From Folioceros fuciformis (taxonomy: Eukaryota), in the NCBI GenBank assembly GCA_049999805.1, contig JBNGIO010006333.1:417493-478364 (forward strand): a DNA stretch of 60,872 nt, read 5' to 3'. A model generated the notes under the pieces. It was given only the letters and a program-made list of their open reading frames with translations. It was not told the origin of the DNA and made no database searches. A program made the translations under genes and the position numbers. This document shows, piece after piece, positions 10,352-21,907 of this stretch (positions within the stretch are counted from its first letter, which is position 1; the number at the start of each line of letters is the position of its first letter).

Positions 10352-10855
10352 GTACTAACGACTCTAGTGCCTAATGCTAAGATAAATCTTCTCTAATACA
10401 AAGTGGAGTGATTGGATTTGTGAGTCCAACTCTGTGATTTGGTTGATGAGGTCTTCATGGGTGACGACGGCTCTCATTGGAAACAGGTTGGTTGAACGGT
10501 ATCTGTGGAGGCGGTTGGAATCTACAGACATGCGGTTAGCAAAACGTTGTGAAGCCGGAGAGTGGGATCCCATGTGGCTGGTTGGCTGATGGGGACCGAT
10601 GCTGGACGAGACTTGAGGTCGAAGTTGCGGCTCATCTCTTTGATGCAGTCACGGCAAGTAACTTGCCGCACAGGAGGCGCTCTCCCCAAGGGAGAGTAAG
10701 AGGTCGGGGTGCGCCTTCTAGGCATCTTGCTGATTTCATGATCTGCGTGCCGGATTGCCGCTCATCGGCTGTTGTGCCATCGGTGAGCTTGTGATGCCAG
10801 GTGCGTGGCGCGTGAGCGATGCCGAACGACAGTTGGCCCTTTGGCTCTAATACCA

Positions 10856-11083
10856 TAAAGCAGAGCAAGATGCTAGATTGAGCTATAATAATTGAACTGC
10901 TTGAGAACGTTATACATATAGTGTCTAGGATGCGGTTGCAACCGCGCTATTGTCGAGTGCTAGCGTAACTGATAGAACTGCTCTTCAGCAACTAAAACAT
11001 TTACTAACTTATGCACGAAATGTGCCTTAATAACTCTTGGGTGCTAAAGCCCAATCCGTGGCGCCAGAGTTTCTACTCCAACA
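10856..11083 (-). repeat. 5' LTR of the Copia element
   Basis: Adjacent to the PBS; matches 3595-3822. Confidence 0.95.
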
Positions 11084-11949
11084 AAAGATTTGCCTTCAAA
11101 TGAGCTGTGAAACTAGACACCAAACATCAGCCAAGAATTTGACAGAGCAAGCTTTCTCCCCAAAGGGTTAAGGCTGCGTGAAAACGTGGAAAGGCTGCGT
11201 GAATGCATAACCATACACTACCATTGTGCAGGCGCTGCATACTGGATCACACTGCCATTGTGCACGAAACCTACTTTCTGTCTCAGTCCTGGGCTCCTTG
11301 AGTTCATCGGCGGGCGCAAGTGACACCCAAGCACTGAAATGGAAAGTAAGGGTATTTGATGTTTCGAAACAAAACTAATCCCCTTGGCATACGTGTACCC
11401 TGGCAAAACATGGGGACGGTGAGAAAGGGAGCCGACGTCCAAACGGGCGTGGCAAGCTGTTGTCGTTTAACGGTAACGTGTACGGCACGGTGTAGACATG
11501 CTTAGTGGGTGCGAGTGGGCATGGCCCCATGACATATGGGATGCCGAAGGCAAAACCATTTGCGCTGGCCTCGAAGTTATGTGCCTCGTGACCGTAGAGG
11601 CATTCCCAGTCGCTGGCGATGTTCATTGTATACTCTTGATTATCTAAACGTTTTAAAATCTAGTAAAATGAGAACATATTTATTTTGGAAGAAGAAGATG
11701 GAAAAACCAACACGAGGGCTAAGCCCCTCAGCCTAATCACCTAGAACATCATCTACTAAAATCATATAAGAATGGGTTACACATCTCTTCAGTTCTTGCA
11801 CAGTTTGCTGGATGGATTCCCAGCTGGCGGGGAATCAAACAAGCTTCACGACCGTAAGGCACAATCTGTTTGGGTGAACAGATAACATACTTGGGTAGGT
11901 TGTGTGTTCTTTACACTGCGCGGCCTCGAGGGGCACGAAGTGCAGAGTG

Positions 11950-12477
11950 TTAGGAGCGAAGGAAGGCAAGGCTTGAAAGAAAGCAAGGGAGGAAAGGCTT
12001 GAAAGGAAGGAAGGGCTTGAAAGCAAGGAAAGGCTTGATGAAAGGAAAGTCCTGATACCATGAGTGGCAGAGTAGTACTAAGGAAATCTTAGGGGGCTGG
12101 CACCGAGCATAGGGTAGAATGTGTGGCTTGTGTCATCTGTTGGCACGGCTGTAGAGACGGCACCCCATATGGCAGTATGGCCTCTATTGCCGGCCTCGCC
12201 CAAACGTCATTAGGCCTGGGTAGAGTTCAGTGCAAGGCCTGAAGCTCTGAGAATCATGACGTTACTGTACTGGAAGCCATGAAGCATTGCAAATGCCTAG
12301 TTAGTGAGGCATTCATGATCAGCCGGAGATCACAGTTTGAGGGCCTTGTGTACGCAGTGTTTGTCACTGAGCGAAAGCCAGAGTGGTCCAAGAGAAAGAA
12401 CGGAAGCCTGGAGTGAATCCATGGGGCGTGTGCCCTGCCATGGGAGACTCGAGAGTAGTGAGTGTTTGAAGTCAACA
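11950..12477 (-). mobile_element. Probable remnant of a second LTR retroelement (single LTR about 12061-12477, PBS and leader)
   Basis: Minus strand reads TGTTGAC...CCACTCA followed directly by TGGTATCAG (tRNA-Met PBS core) and a pyrimidine-rich repetitive leader. No partner LTR in the window. Confidence 0.5.
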
Positions 12478-12479
12478 CA

Positions 12480-13150
12480 TGTGCAGTGGCATCAGCTCAC
12501 CTAGCTCCACCACATCGGCATCCAACGTCCGCGTTGTGTACGCAAAGTGTGGCAGCCCTGATCATCCTCTAGGCTGCCACAAACTTCGCGTTCATGTCTG
12601 TCTCCCTGAGGCTGCAACCAACAACATCGTAATTCACCTCATGGCTCTGTTCTCACATCTATGCTTGCCAATGGAGCTAGCGTTGTTGGTACCCACACTT
12701 GCAAATGCCTGCAGGCGATGCACAAACATAAAGGCAGCCACATTCTCCAATCTGACCATGAAGCCGTAACTGTTTTCTCCTCTACAAAGCTGGACAAATG
12801 CCTACAAAAGTGTTAATGAGGAGACAGAAACAAATAGCTTTCTTGTTCGCACATAGCTCTGAAAAGATTTAGGATTGACGTGATTGGAGAATGATTCCAG
12901 AAGCTTAGGCCATACTGACCCAACCACATTCCCTACTGGGGAAGACATGCTGTCCAAGCCTCCACACTTTGCATCCATGTTCATCCAAACTTTCTGCTTC
13001 ACACATATCAGCTTCTAGTCCTTGTTCTCTAATCTGTTCATGGAGCCTCTTCCCCTTCTCCAAACTCGGCGCACCCACATCGCACATCATGCCTCCAGGA
13101 GCCACGTACACAGAAATGCCACAGAATCGGGTGCAGCGTTCGCTTGTTAC
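12480..13150 (-). pseudogene. Degenerate PLS-class PPR fragment
   Basis: VGAPSLEKGKRLHEQIREQGLEADM and FVHRLQAFASVG match the repeats at 29-31 kb; many frameshifts. Confidence 0.75.
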
Positions 13151-13230
13151 CAAGGGCATCCCTGGATGCTCCCTTGCTCCCATGCTGCGGGGAGAACCTG
13201 CTGTCCAGGCATCGTACTGGACAGCATCGT

Positions 13231-13963
13231 ATGGCATACCAAAGGGGACACGCCCCCTCTCTATAGATTTTTTTAATAAAAACACGGATTATGCATCCGC
13301 TTTAGCGCGTACGTGAGTTTGAGGGCCAAAACCAAATCGGACATGCTTGCACTTCGCAAGCATGTCTTGCCCAAGCACGGGCGCGCCCCCACCTATGGTT
13401 AAGGGGGGTGTTTGGGCTTTCTTCCCTAAGGCCGCGCAACATCAGCCCAAAACGGGCTGTAACGGTTGAGCCATGTCCCCTTTGGTGCGGCGTTCGGTTT
13501 GGTTGGTTTACAAAAGCCACATGAAAAATATAGGCATCAAAAAGGAATATTCGATTAAATACAAGTGTCCTTTTAAGTACGCAGTGACTAGGCCCTCATG
13601 GATACCCGGATCCTCCACCCAAGAAAACAGGGTTAGAAGTTGCAGTAGTATATGGCATACCAAAGGGGACATTCTCTCACTATACATTTTTTAATGTTTT
13701 TCTATGGGATATTTCTTTTTGATGCACATATTTTTTCTATCCCTTTTTGGTAAACCAACCAAACCGAACGCCGCACCAAAGGAAACATGGCTCAACCGTT
13801 ATAGCCCAAATGCTGGGCGGCCTTAGAGCAGAAAGCCCAAACAACCCCGGTAACCGTAGGTGGGGGCGCGCCCGTGCTTGGGCAAGACATGCTTGCGAAG
13901 CTTGTCCGGTTTGGTTTTGGCCCTCAAACCTAGAGAGAGGGGCGTGTTCCCTTTGGTATGCCA
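13231..13963. mobile_element. Foldback/MITE-like structure
   Basis: Terminal motif TGGCATACCAAAGGG(G/A)ACAC at 13231 and inverted at 13963, with a third copy at 13653. Inverted arms of about 240 bp at 13317-13550 and 13708-13930. A related end lies at about 1260-1298. Confidence 0.7.
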
Positions 13964-15120
13964 CAGCAATACTGTACAGTATGTGTGGCAGTACTGTACA
14001 GTATGTACAGTGGATGCATATAAGCAGAAACAATTACCAGTGTTGTCCTGCTGCGACTGATGTACTTTGTCCTGAGCTGCGATTTAATGCTTAGATTTCA
14101 CCGCCCAGGGTGAAACATACTCGAAGATTCGATTTCTCAAGCTCATGTTTGTAGAGTAAAATGACAGGTCAGATCACATGGTGACATTACCGGGAAACGG
14201 GGTAGATGGGTCCGAATTTCGCAAATATTGAACCTGGGCTGCGGCCGAAGGCCACACAGGCAGGACTCGAGAGGAGCGGGGAAGGATCACGATTGACGAA
14301 AGGAAGGCGAAGCTTTGGAACATAGATTTTCTGAGACTTGGCTATTGCAAAATTTCACGTCTAGAACACCGACATATCTGCTAAAATTCGAAACGCCTTG
14401 ATGCCCGACGTAGCACATCCTGATGGCACCCCAACCCCACAGCTTGTTAGCAGAACCATCCCGAGGACTTCAGCAGTCGGAACAGATCTCAGAACCGTAA
14501 CCAGATGTTCGACAAGTGAGTCCACAGATACTGTAACTTGAGTATCCATGGTGAGGTAGGACCACATTGTCATCTCAATTTTGCACCAAACAACCTTCTC
14601 GCTTTTCCTTGTGCTCATGGTCTCCAGCACACAAGGGGCTATGACGTGCAAATAGATAAAAGCCCAGTTCAGGTTCCTACACCACAGGTAAACAAGTTGC
14701 AAACAGAACTTCAGAGAAGTAGGGATCATACCTGCTGCAAGGTTTTCAGAGGAAGCTCCGTGTATGCAAATATGGGTTTGGAAGCTACAAGTTTGAGACT
14801 ATATTCTATGAGGGACGTGACGACGATCAATGCAGGATCCAAGACAGTGATCAACACCACAGCAAAAATGCCTATTGGCCACTCCAGGCACAGGCACAAG
14901 CACAGAAACTACTATGTACTCAACCAGCAGCTGGATTCAGGCTGGCTGCAACTTGGGCACAGTTCCACATGGTTTTCACAGTAGAACGGAGCATACCAAA
15001 TTCACAAGATTCAAAAGTTTTCATTTCGGATAGGAAACCAGGGGGTTGTATTTGGAGAGAAAAGGAGGGGATTGCGTGCAATTTGAAGAACCAGCACTAT
15101 CTACATACTGGACTGGTGTG

Positions 15121-16259
15121 TCAAACTGGAACCCTTCGTTCTCGATACCGGCCAAATATCTGCCAGATAAGAGAGAGTGCAGAAATCAAATCAGAAAATC
15201 AGAATCGATAGGCACCAGAAGTTGAACCTTTGGGAAGTCACAAGTCCTTCCACACTAGGAGAATGACGACACATAATTCCGTACCGAGACCAGAAAAGGT
15301 TGTTGAAGGATCCAACCAAGGACTGGAACTCTCTGCAAAAACACTGCTACCGTAGGCCAGAATCCGCTGCAACCCCACCAAGCAATAGCGAATGAGAGCC
15401 CATAATTTCTCAGCAACAGGCCGGACTGACTTTATGATTTTCTTGAGGCATTACCTGAAAAGCACAATGAAGCCGTATGCCTCAATGATCATCCCCAGTA
15501 TGGCNNNNNNNNNNNNNNNNNNNNNNNNNNNNNNNNNNNNNNNNNNNNNNNNNNNNNNNNNNNNNNNNNNNNNNNNNNNNNNNNNNNNNNNNNNNNNNNN
15601 NNNNCATCCAATCAACACCAACCCAAAACCGACAAGGAAAGATATCGAACCCTGCCATAACAGCCAAGAGATATTCATGAGAGAGTGTGCGAGTAGCAGT
15701 TGCACTAGACAAACATCTAAACGCATTGGCATCAACACGGTGGTGGGATCTCAGAAACAGCATTCCCTGAACCAGCCTACCTTGTAGTTGCGGGGTTTGA
15801 GGAAGAAAGATACGGTCGACCTTGGACCAATCGTGAGTGTGACACCGGACAAGAAAAGGATCTGCAATGTGAGAGAACGAGCATCATAACAGCTTCCACG
15901 CCACCAAAAAAAAAAAGAACAGGTTTCAGCATAATACGTTGCACTTACATTGCCCATAGCAAGAAGACCCTTGTCGAAGAAGAATACCACTCCCAGAAAT
16001 GAAAACAGCACTCCAAATCCAGTAAGCCCAACGCCAATTTCTGTTGCAAGGCAGAACCGGAGCAGATTAGTCGTAACTACTACTTCAGATCTCACTCAAA
16101 GAACCAGCATGCGCACGGCCAGCTCCATGCAGCCACTAGCAAGCACTCAAGAGCTCCGTCACCGGCGATGGCCAACACACGAAGCAAAGAACCTTAGGGC
16201 ATGAGCATCTTCGTGCTAAAACGCTTACTCTTGCGATCGTTCATCTCGAAGGAAACCAT
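15121..16259 (-). CDS. GOT1: Vesicle transport protein GOT1 (6 coding exons; one interrupted by an N gap)
   Basis: Spliced translation MVSFEMNDRKKIGVGLTGFGVLFSFLGVVFFFDKGLLAMGNILFLSGV...SGFWPTVAVFLQRVPVLGWILQQPF...RRVPV*, with GT-AG introns. Confidence 0.95.
15505..15604. other. Assembly gap (100 N) inside a GOT1 exon
   Basis: N run. Confidence 1.
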
Positions 16260-17398
16260 CCTGACAAGCGTGTAATGGACAGGCCGAAGAGCTCCTCCAC
16301 ACTCCACAGTCTGCACCGAATTGATCACGTTTCCAGCGGCCCGGGGGAGGAAAGCCTTGGGTTACTCCCGAATCGCTGTCGTTGGGAACTCGCTGCAGCA
16401 CTTCAACCTTCGACCTTTTCCATGACGACGTTTTTGGAGAAACACGTTCCAAATTCTATCAGCCCCACTTGAAGCAGCTCGAGGCGTGTCGAGGAAGAAA
16501 CAGGGGTAGCTTTCAGTAGGTAGTCGAACGCGTGTGTAACAACCCTCGTACCAAAAATACGCAGTTACGTTATCATGAAATGCACCCAACTAGGTTGCCT
16601 TGGTTATTGTAGCAACAGGCTGTTGCCCCTGCAGCGGGCACCTCCTGCCTTGGAGGATTGCGCTTGCACCCGACCCTCCGAGCTTGTGCTGTGCCGGAGG
16701 TCGAGCGTCGCTCCCGACAACCCCTTCTGCTTGCAAAGGCAGGTGCGTCCACTCAGCTTTTCGCTCTCAGCGGTGTGGAAGATTGGTCGCAGTTGTGTTG
16801 TACCTCTGGTTTTTTTTTGCTATCCCTGTTGCCACCATGCTTCTTGCGGCTCTCTGAGTGTGGACTGTGCATGTGATTCATTTCGGAGGAGGGGAGGAGG
16901 AAGGGGAAAATGGCACTTGCACTGGCGTTTCCTGGAAACATGTGACCGGCCGGCTGAGACTGTTGTTGCTTGCTGTGGTTGATAGCCGGGATGGAATTTC
17001 CAAAGGCTGCATGTACTGTACCGTGCCAGAGGCAGTTCATGACCTGGCTGGATGAATCTGATTCTCTGCAGTGTAGTCATGCTGGACGGCTCGTTGATGG
17101 CGAGACTGTCTGTGCAGGTTGCGCTGGATAGCTGGTTTCTCAAGAATGTTGAATGAAATCTGAAGCGGTCTTCCTTAGTGTTGCTTTGCTGAGCTCGTCA
17201 TACGGAGTCTCCGGTTGATATGCGATGGAGACTGCAGGTTTTTGGTACAGTCCTTCGTTTTCCCGATCTGTAGTAGGCAGAGGCCAGCCTGTTGTGTGCT
17301 GCATGGTTCGGGGCAGCTGGTGATCCCATCGCGAGGTTGATCGGGGCAATTCAGTGGCTGGCGTGCATTTCACGCCAGTGAAGGCAGTGATCTTTATC

Positions 17399-18151
17399 AT
17401 GGGTGAACTAGAAGCAGGTCGCGAAAGGGACTTAGAAACCTTCTGCAAGAATTATGCGTCAAGCTTGCCAGATGCCCCTGTCGAGGATGAGGAAGAGGAC
17501 GAAGATGAGCTGGAGGTGGAGGTTGAGGAACTGGATGAGGATCTAAATGGTGATGATGAGGAGCTTCAAGAAGCAGAAAGCTATGAGGAGGGCTCAGGGG
17601 ACGAAGATTATGATGAGGTCATAGCAAATTTGGCTGATTTGCAGAGGGAGAAGATAGAGCTGGATCTGAGACTCATGTCACTGTATCACCGTATAGAATC
17701 TATAACACAAGTCCTTACCGTATCCATCAACCACATATCAAGCAGAACATTCCTATCCAGTCAGCAGCTTGCCACAGCAAGGGCATGTTTCCCTCCTTTG
17801 TGGGGAAAGTACAGCTCCCACTTCAAAGAGAAGGTCCGAGCTAAGATTGCTCTGTGCATTTCTGACATTGATAGCTCAAGACACTGGAATGACATAGTAC
17901 GTGATATAGTGAACCAGCCCAGGTTGATGGCCCATCTCGGTTTATCCGAAGCTTCGCTGAGAGTTACGGAGATAGCACATCCAACTGAGGAGAAGGTTCA
18001 AAGAGTCGCTGGGATGAAGGGTCGGAGCAAGAAGGTATTTGCAGCTGTTGCGTGCTGGTGTAGAGACGAGGAGTTGAGAAAATGCTATGTGGAGTTTTTC
18101 CAGTTTTTGTTCGGCAGAGAAGAAGATCCAAATCAGTTTGTGAGTGACTAG
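17399..18151 (+). CDS. Hypothetical protein with an acidic N-terminal tract (250 aa, single coding exon)
   Basis: Long open frame with a D/E-rich segment, then coiled-coil-like and helical sequence. No family recognised. Confidence 0.6.
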   Translation: MGELEAGRERDLETFCKNYASSLPDAPVEDEEEDEDELEVEVEELDEDLNGDDEELQEAESYEEGSGDEDYDEVIANLADLQREKIELDLRLMSLYHRIESITQVLTVSINHISSRTFLSSQQLATARACFPPLWGKYSSHFKEKVRAKIALCISDIDSSRHWNDIVRDIVNQPRLMAHLGLSEASLRVTEIAHPTEEKVQRVAGMKGRSKKVFAAVACWCRDEELRKCYVEFFQFLFGREEDPNQFVSD

Positions 18152-19149
18152 CAGGACTCCTGCTGTTCTCTTTGATCTGGCTTAGTGCAGAATGAGCATC
18201 CATAGTCACTTTTGCAACGCACACCCGCATGCTCCAAGCGAGCCTTTCTATAAAACAGTGCAGGTGTTATCCCTTTGCACAACGCAGATGAAGGGGTGGC
18301 CTGCATCCCGTTACCTACTTTTTGCTTTCTTTGAGGTGGCGAGTGCCATCCTGTGTCGTGTGTAATAGCTTGTCTCGCTAGGCTCTCACCAGTCGTGGTG
18401 AAAGTTGAAAGGTGTTTATATGGTGAAATCTGCAGCCCCTTGAGCGAAGGGGATTTTAGGTTTGAAGGGTGCTGTCCACACTGTGGAGTTGCTTTGACGT
18501 TTAGTCGTCACAAAGCCAGCCAGGTACTGAGATTTTCAAAAATTATAACGTGTAATGGTGGGATGAACGGAATGGAATGGGTGATTTGCGTGTGTTTTCC
18601 CTCTGCGAAAGGGGAGTAGATGCAGATGTTCGGTCCGACTGTCCTTATGCGACTAGCCGGTGAAGAGCGTCGTGAGGGCCCGGATCTAACTCTTCACCGT
18701 GATGGCTCGGATCTAATTGCTCTTAGCAGGAAGAAGCTGTAGCCTGGAAGGACCTCATACTGAAGACTGAAGTATAACATTTGGCGTCGTCATGCAGTTA
18801 CCAAAGGTAGCTTCGGATGCTTCGTATAATCATAGGTCACCTCCATGGAGCTTCAGCAATCCTGAAATCCTATTCTGAAGCCAAAACAGCGACCTAAGAG
18901 AGAATGAGAGAATGTCCTGATCCAGGAACCAGAGCCCAAGCCAATAGATCATGGAACAGACGCGAGGACTAGCGACATGCACTTGTGCAACCGACCTACA
19001 ACGAAAACTTAGCCAACAGAACCGCTAATCACCGCCCTCTTCGTTGATTGCCAACCCGACCATGGGCAAGCGGCCTCTGTTTCTGCAGACCTTGTCCAAG
19101 TTCGCCGCCCTCGACAGTGAGGAGTGGACACAGCAGCGCCAAGCATCAG

Positions 19150-19256
19150 ATGGAAACCTCGCCTATCGCCAGGCTTGACATGGAAACCTGAGCCTATCGG
19201 CGGGCATGAAAATGGAAACCTCGGCCTATCGGCAGGCATGGGAATGGAAATCGCCA
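19150..19256. repeat. About 31-bp diverged tandem repeat x3 upstream of HISN7
   Basis: ATGGAAACCT..GCCTATCG..GGC units. Confidence 0.7.
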
Positions 19257-19495
19257 TGTATCAGCAGGCATACAAGTATTCTATTTGGACTCGCTTAGGG
19301 CTGCCTGAAGTGTGCCAGCCGAAGGAACGGTGGTTCTTTGTCTAGGTCAATCTTAGTGTCAGTTGGCGCATGAAACGTACATGTTTGTACGTAAATGGAA
19401 GACTTTCAAGAGGTGCCACCTTGCTGCGGCTGGGCGACAGCATATTCGGCCCACTTTCCGTTCCGGCCCGGCCTGGCCTGTTACGGCAAGCGACC

Positions 19496-21672
19496 ATGGC
19501 GATGATGGCATCGCCTTCCTCTCCCGCCTTTCTGCAGCCTCCTGGATCTGCCTTCTCGCCTCATTTCTGCGATTCTTTCGAGGTACCTTCAAGCATGAGA
19601 CGTGCTGCGTGTGTGGCTCTGCGGGGCTGGAAGTCGCGGGCTCTGGACCTGAATCTTCTCCCCAGTGCCAGCAGGATTTCCAATTACGCAGATTCTAGAC
19701 AAGTGGGAACTGGCGTCTGCAATTCAATTCTTCCTGCGCCTGTGCAAGGTCTGACTTGTTGGGAAACAGGTTCCTTGACGGGTGGGAGATGGTGGAGGAA
19801 GTCCTCTTCTTTGACTGCTGGCAGCCCATGTGGTTCTGAGCTGCCCGGAATGGGCAGGGTTGCGTCAGGGGTTGCAGCCAGCGGACTTGGTTTGGGAGGC
19901 CATAAGGGACGGTCGGCTTCTGGGTTGCGGGGAATGTCCTCTCTTGGAGTAGTTCGGGCCCAGCCTTTGCCTCTGTCGGACGAGCAGTCGGAGAGAAACG
20001 AAAATAGCCAGGCGTTTGTGGAGCTGGCGAACAAGCTCGCCGATGCCGCTGGCAAGATAATTCTTCAGTACTTTCGCAAAGGCTTCGACATTATTGACAA
20101 AGAGGACCTGAGTACGTTCTGATTCTTGATTGACCTATTGCTGTTTCCGTCTCTGAGTGGTCGTCGATGCTCTTGACAAGCAAATTCTTGGCTTGGAATG
20201 AGGCTTTACCCGTGCTGATGAGATATCGTACAGGTCCTGTCACCGTCGCGGATCGGGCTGCGGAGGAAGCCATGCGCTTGCTCATCGCCAAACATTTTCC
20301 TTCTCATGCAATGTGAGTCATGTCCACTTTTCAAGGAATTTTCGTCCATCTCACTCTAAGGTCATGTCTTGCTGGTTGGAGAGCATCGAGTTGTGGAATA
20401 AGCCCCAGTTATCTAAATGGAATGGCATTTGACAGTTTTGGTGAAGAAGATGGGCTACATATGCCCGACAGGGGTGCAGACTATCTCTGGGTTTTGGATC
20501 CTATAGACGGCACCAAAAGCTTCATAACGGGTGAGCTTCAGGAAACCCAATGGTGTAGCTATGGAGTTGAGTGGTTTGGGCCGCCTCTGCAGTTCTAATA
20601 TGCATCTTTCGCGGCAGGGAAACCAGTTTTTGGAACCCTTATCGCCCTACTGCACAGAGGCGTGCCTGTGAGCTCTTCTTTCCCCTAACTTCAGCACCGT
20701 CATGACCGGCTCATGGTATCCCCTAATTTAGGTTTTGTTCCCTACCAGGTGTTAGGAATCATTGACCAACCTTTTCTGCGGGAACGATGGGTCGGCAGAA
20801 AGGGACAAAGGACAACTTTGAACGGAGAGGAGATCGCATCGCGCTTGTGTTCATCCCTCTCTAGTGCTTACCTGTATGTCCCCTGTTGTTTGGAAAAACT
20901 GAACCGCTGGGTCGAGCTGTTGCAGCCATCCGATGAGTTGCTGGTTGTCTTTGTGCAGGTATACGACAAGTCCACATCTCTTCTCCCCGCAGACAAGCGA
21001 GGGATTTGCTCGTGTCCGTAACAAGGTGAATCTCAGCTTGCATTCACCTACTAAGACGCTTGTTAGGATCAACAGGTGAGCCAGAGAGAATTAGGAAGCC
21101 AGACAGCATGAAGATGTTGGAGGCCGTCCATGTTCTGTTTATTGATTTATGGTCGCCTGCATCTTGACAAATAGGTGAAGATCCCCCTCTATGGGTGCGA
21201 TTGCTACGCGTATGGACTGCTTGCAGCCGGACATGTTGACCTTGTTATCGAATCTGGCCTCAAGGTACTCGAGTGCATGTTGATGTCCTCGTGCAGGTCT
21301 TGTTATCGGTACCAGCGTCTCAAGTTACAACTAAAACACCTTTGTGATTATGTCCTGCAGCCATATGACTATTTGGCACTTATACCAGTCGTTGAGGGTG
21401 CTGGAGGGGTAATGACAGATTGGAATGGACGAAGTCTTACATGGTGGCCAGAGGAAAATCAGCCAGATTCCGGTGCTTGTTGAACCCCTAGCCTTCAAGC
21501 TGGTCCTAGTTCTTTCAGGCTGCTCTCTTGCCGCAGGCTGATTGGTTGGCAGGTTGTGACGTGCTGAATGGGTGTGCATTCTGCGAATGCAGGGGCTCGA
21601 GGCGTGGAAGTGATCGCTTCAGGCTGCAACGATCTGCATGAGGCAGCCCTCAAGGCTCTGGACTGGCACTAG
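19496..21672 (+). CDS. HISN7: Histidinol-phosphate phosphatase / inositol monophosphatase-like 2, plastid-targeted (9 exons)
   Basis: KLADAAGKIILQYFR, DKEDLSPVTVADRAAEEAMR, FGEEDG, WVLDPIDGTKSFITG, YGCDCYAYGLLAAG, LKPYDYLALIPVVEGAGG. Long Ser-rich transit peptide; start codon uncertain. Confidence 0.93.
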
Positions 21673-21872
21673 TCCAAGTGTTGGAGCCTTACTTACAACA
21701 CAAAACCGTTAGGATGGGGACGAGCGGGCCGGGAAAGGTGGAAGAGAACTATAGGGAAGTAGGGCAGATCTCATCGACCCCTTTTAAAGCCGATGTGATA
21801 TTTGTGGGAGATGGGGCACCTTGGGAGTTGTTACGCTGAAGGAAAGCAATATTTTTGGGAATACAACAGGAA

Positions 21873-21907
21873 AGGAGGAGGAGGAGGAGGAGGAGGAGGA
21901 GGAGGAG
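21873..21907. repeat. (GGA)n microsatellite
   Basis: About 11 perfect units. Confidence 0.95.

Larger units (their letters stand above)
3595..11083 (-). mobile_element. Ty1/Copia LTR retrotransposon, defective (RT/RNaseH largely deleted)
   Basis: 228-bp LTRs at 3595-3822 and 10856-11083. 5-bp TSD AAAGA at 3590-3594 and 11084-11088. PBS TGGTATTAGAGCC (tRNA-iMet-like) at 10843-10855. PPT GAGGGAGAG next to 3822. Domain order gag-PR-INT-RT. Confidence 0.95.
1707..11587 (+). mobile_element. Non-autonomous Mutator-like long-TIR element hosting nested insertions
   Basis: 1707-1815 (GAGGCACATAACTCGAGGCCGGCGCAAATGGTTTTGCCTTCGGCATCCCATATGTCATGGGGCCATGCCCACTCGCACC...) is an inverted repeat of about 11457-11587. 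Internal decayed ORF at 2460-2960. A second copy lies at about 38000-39170. No TSD found. Confidence 0.65.

Noticed and set aside
14000-15100. Possible gene between the foldback and GOT1
   Set aside because: Splice-like signals are present but no coherent frame or recognisable motif.
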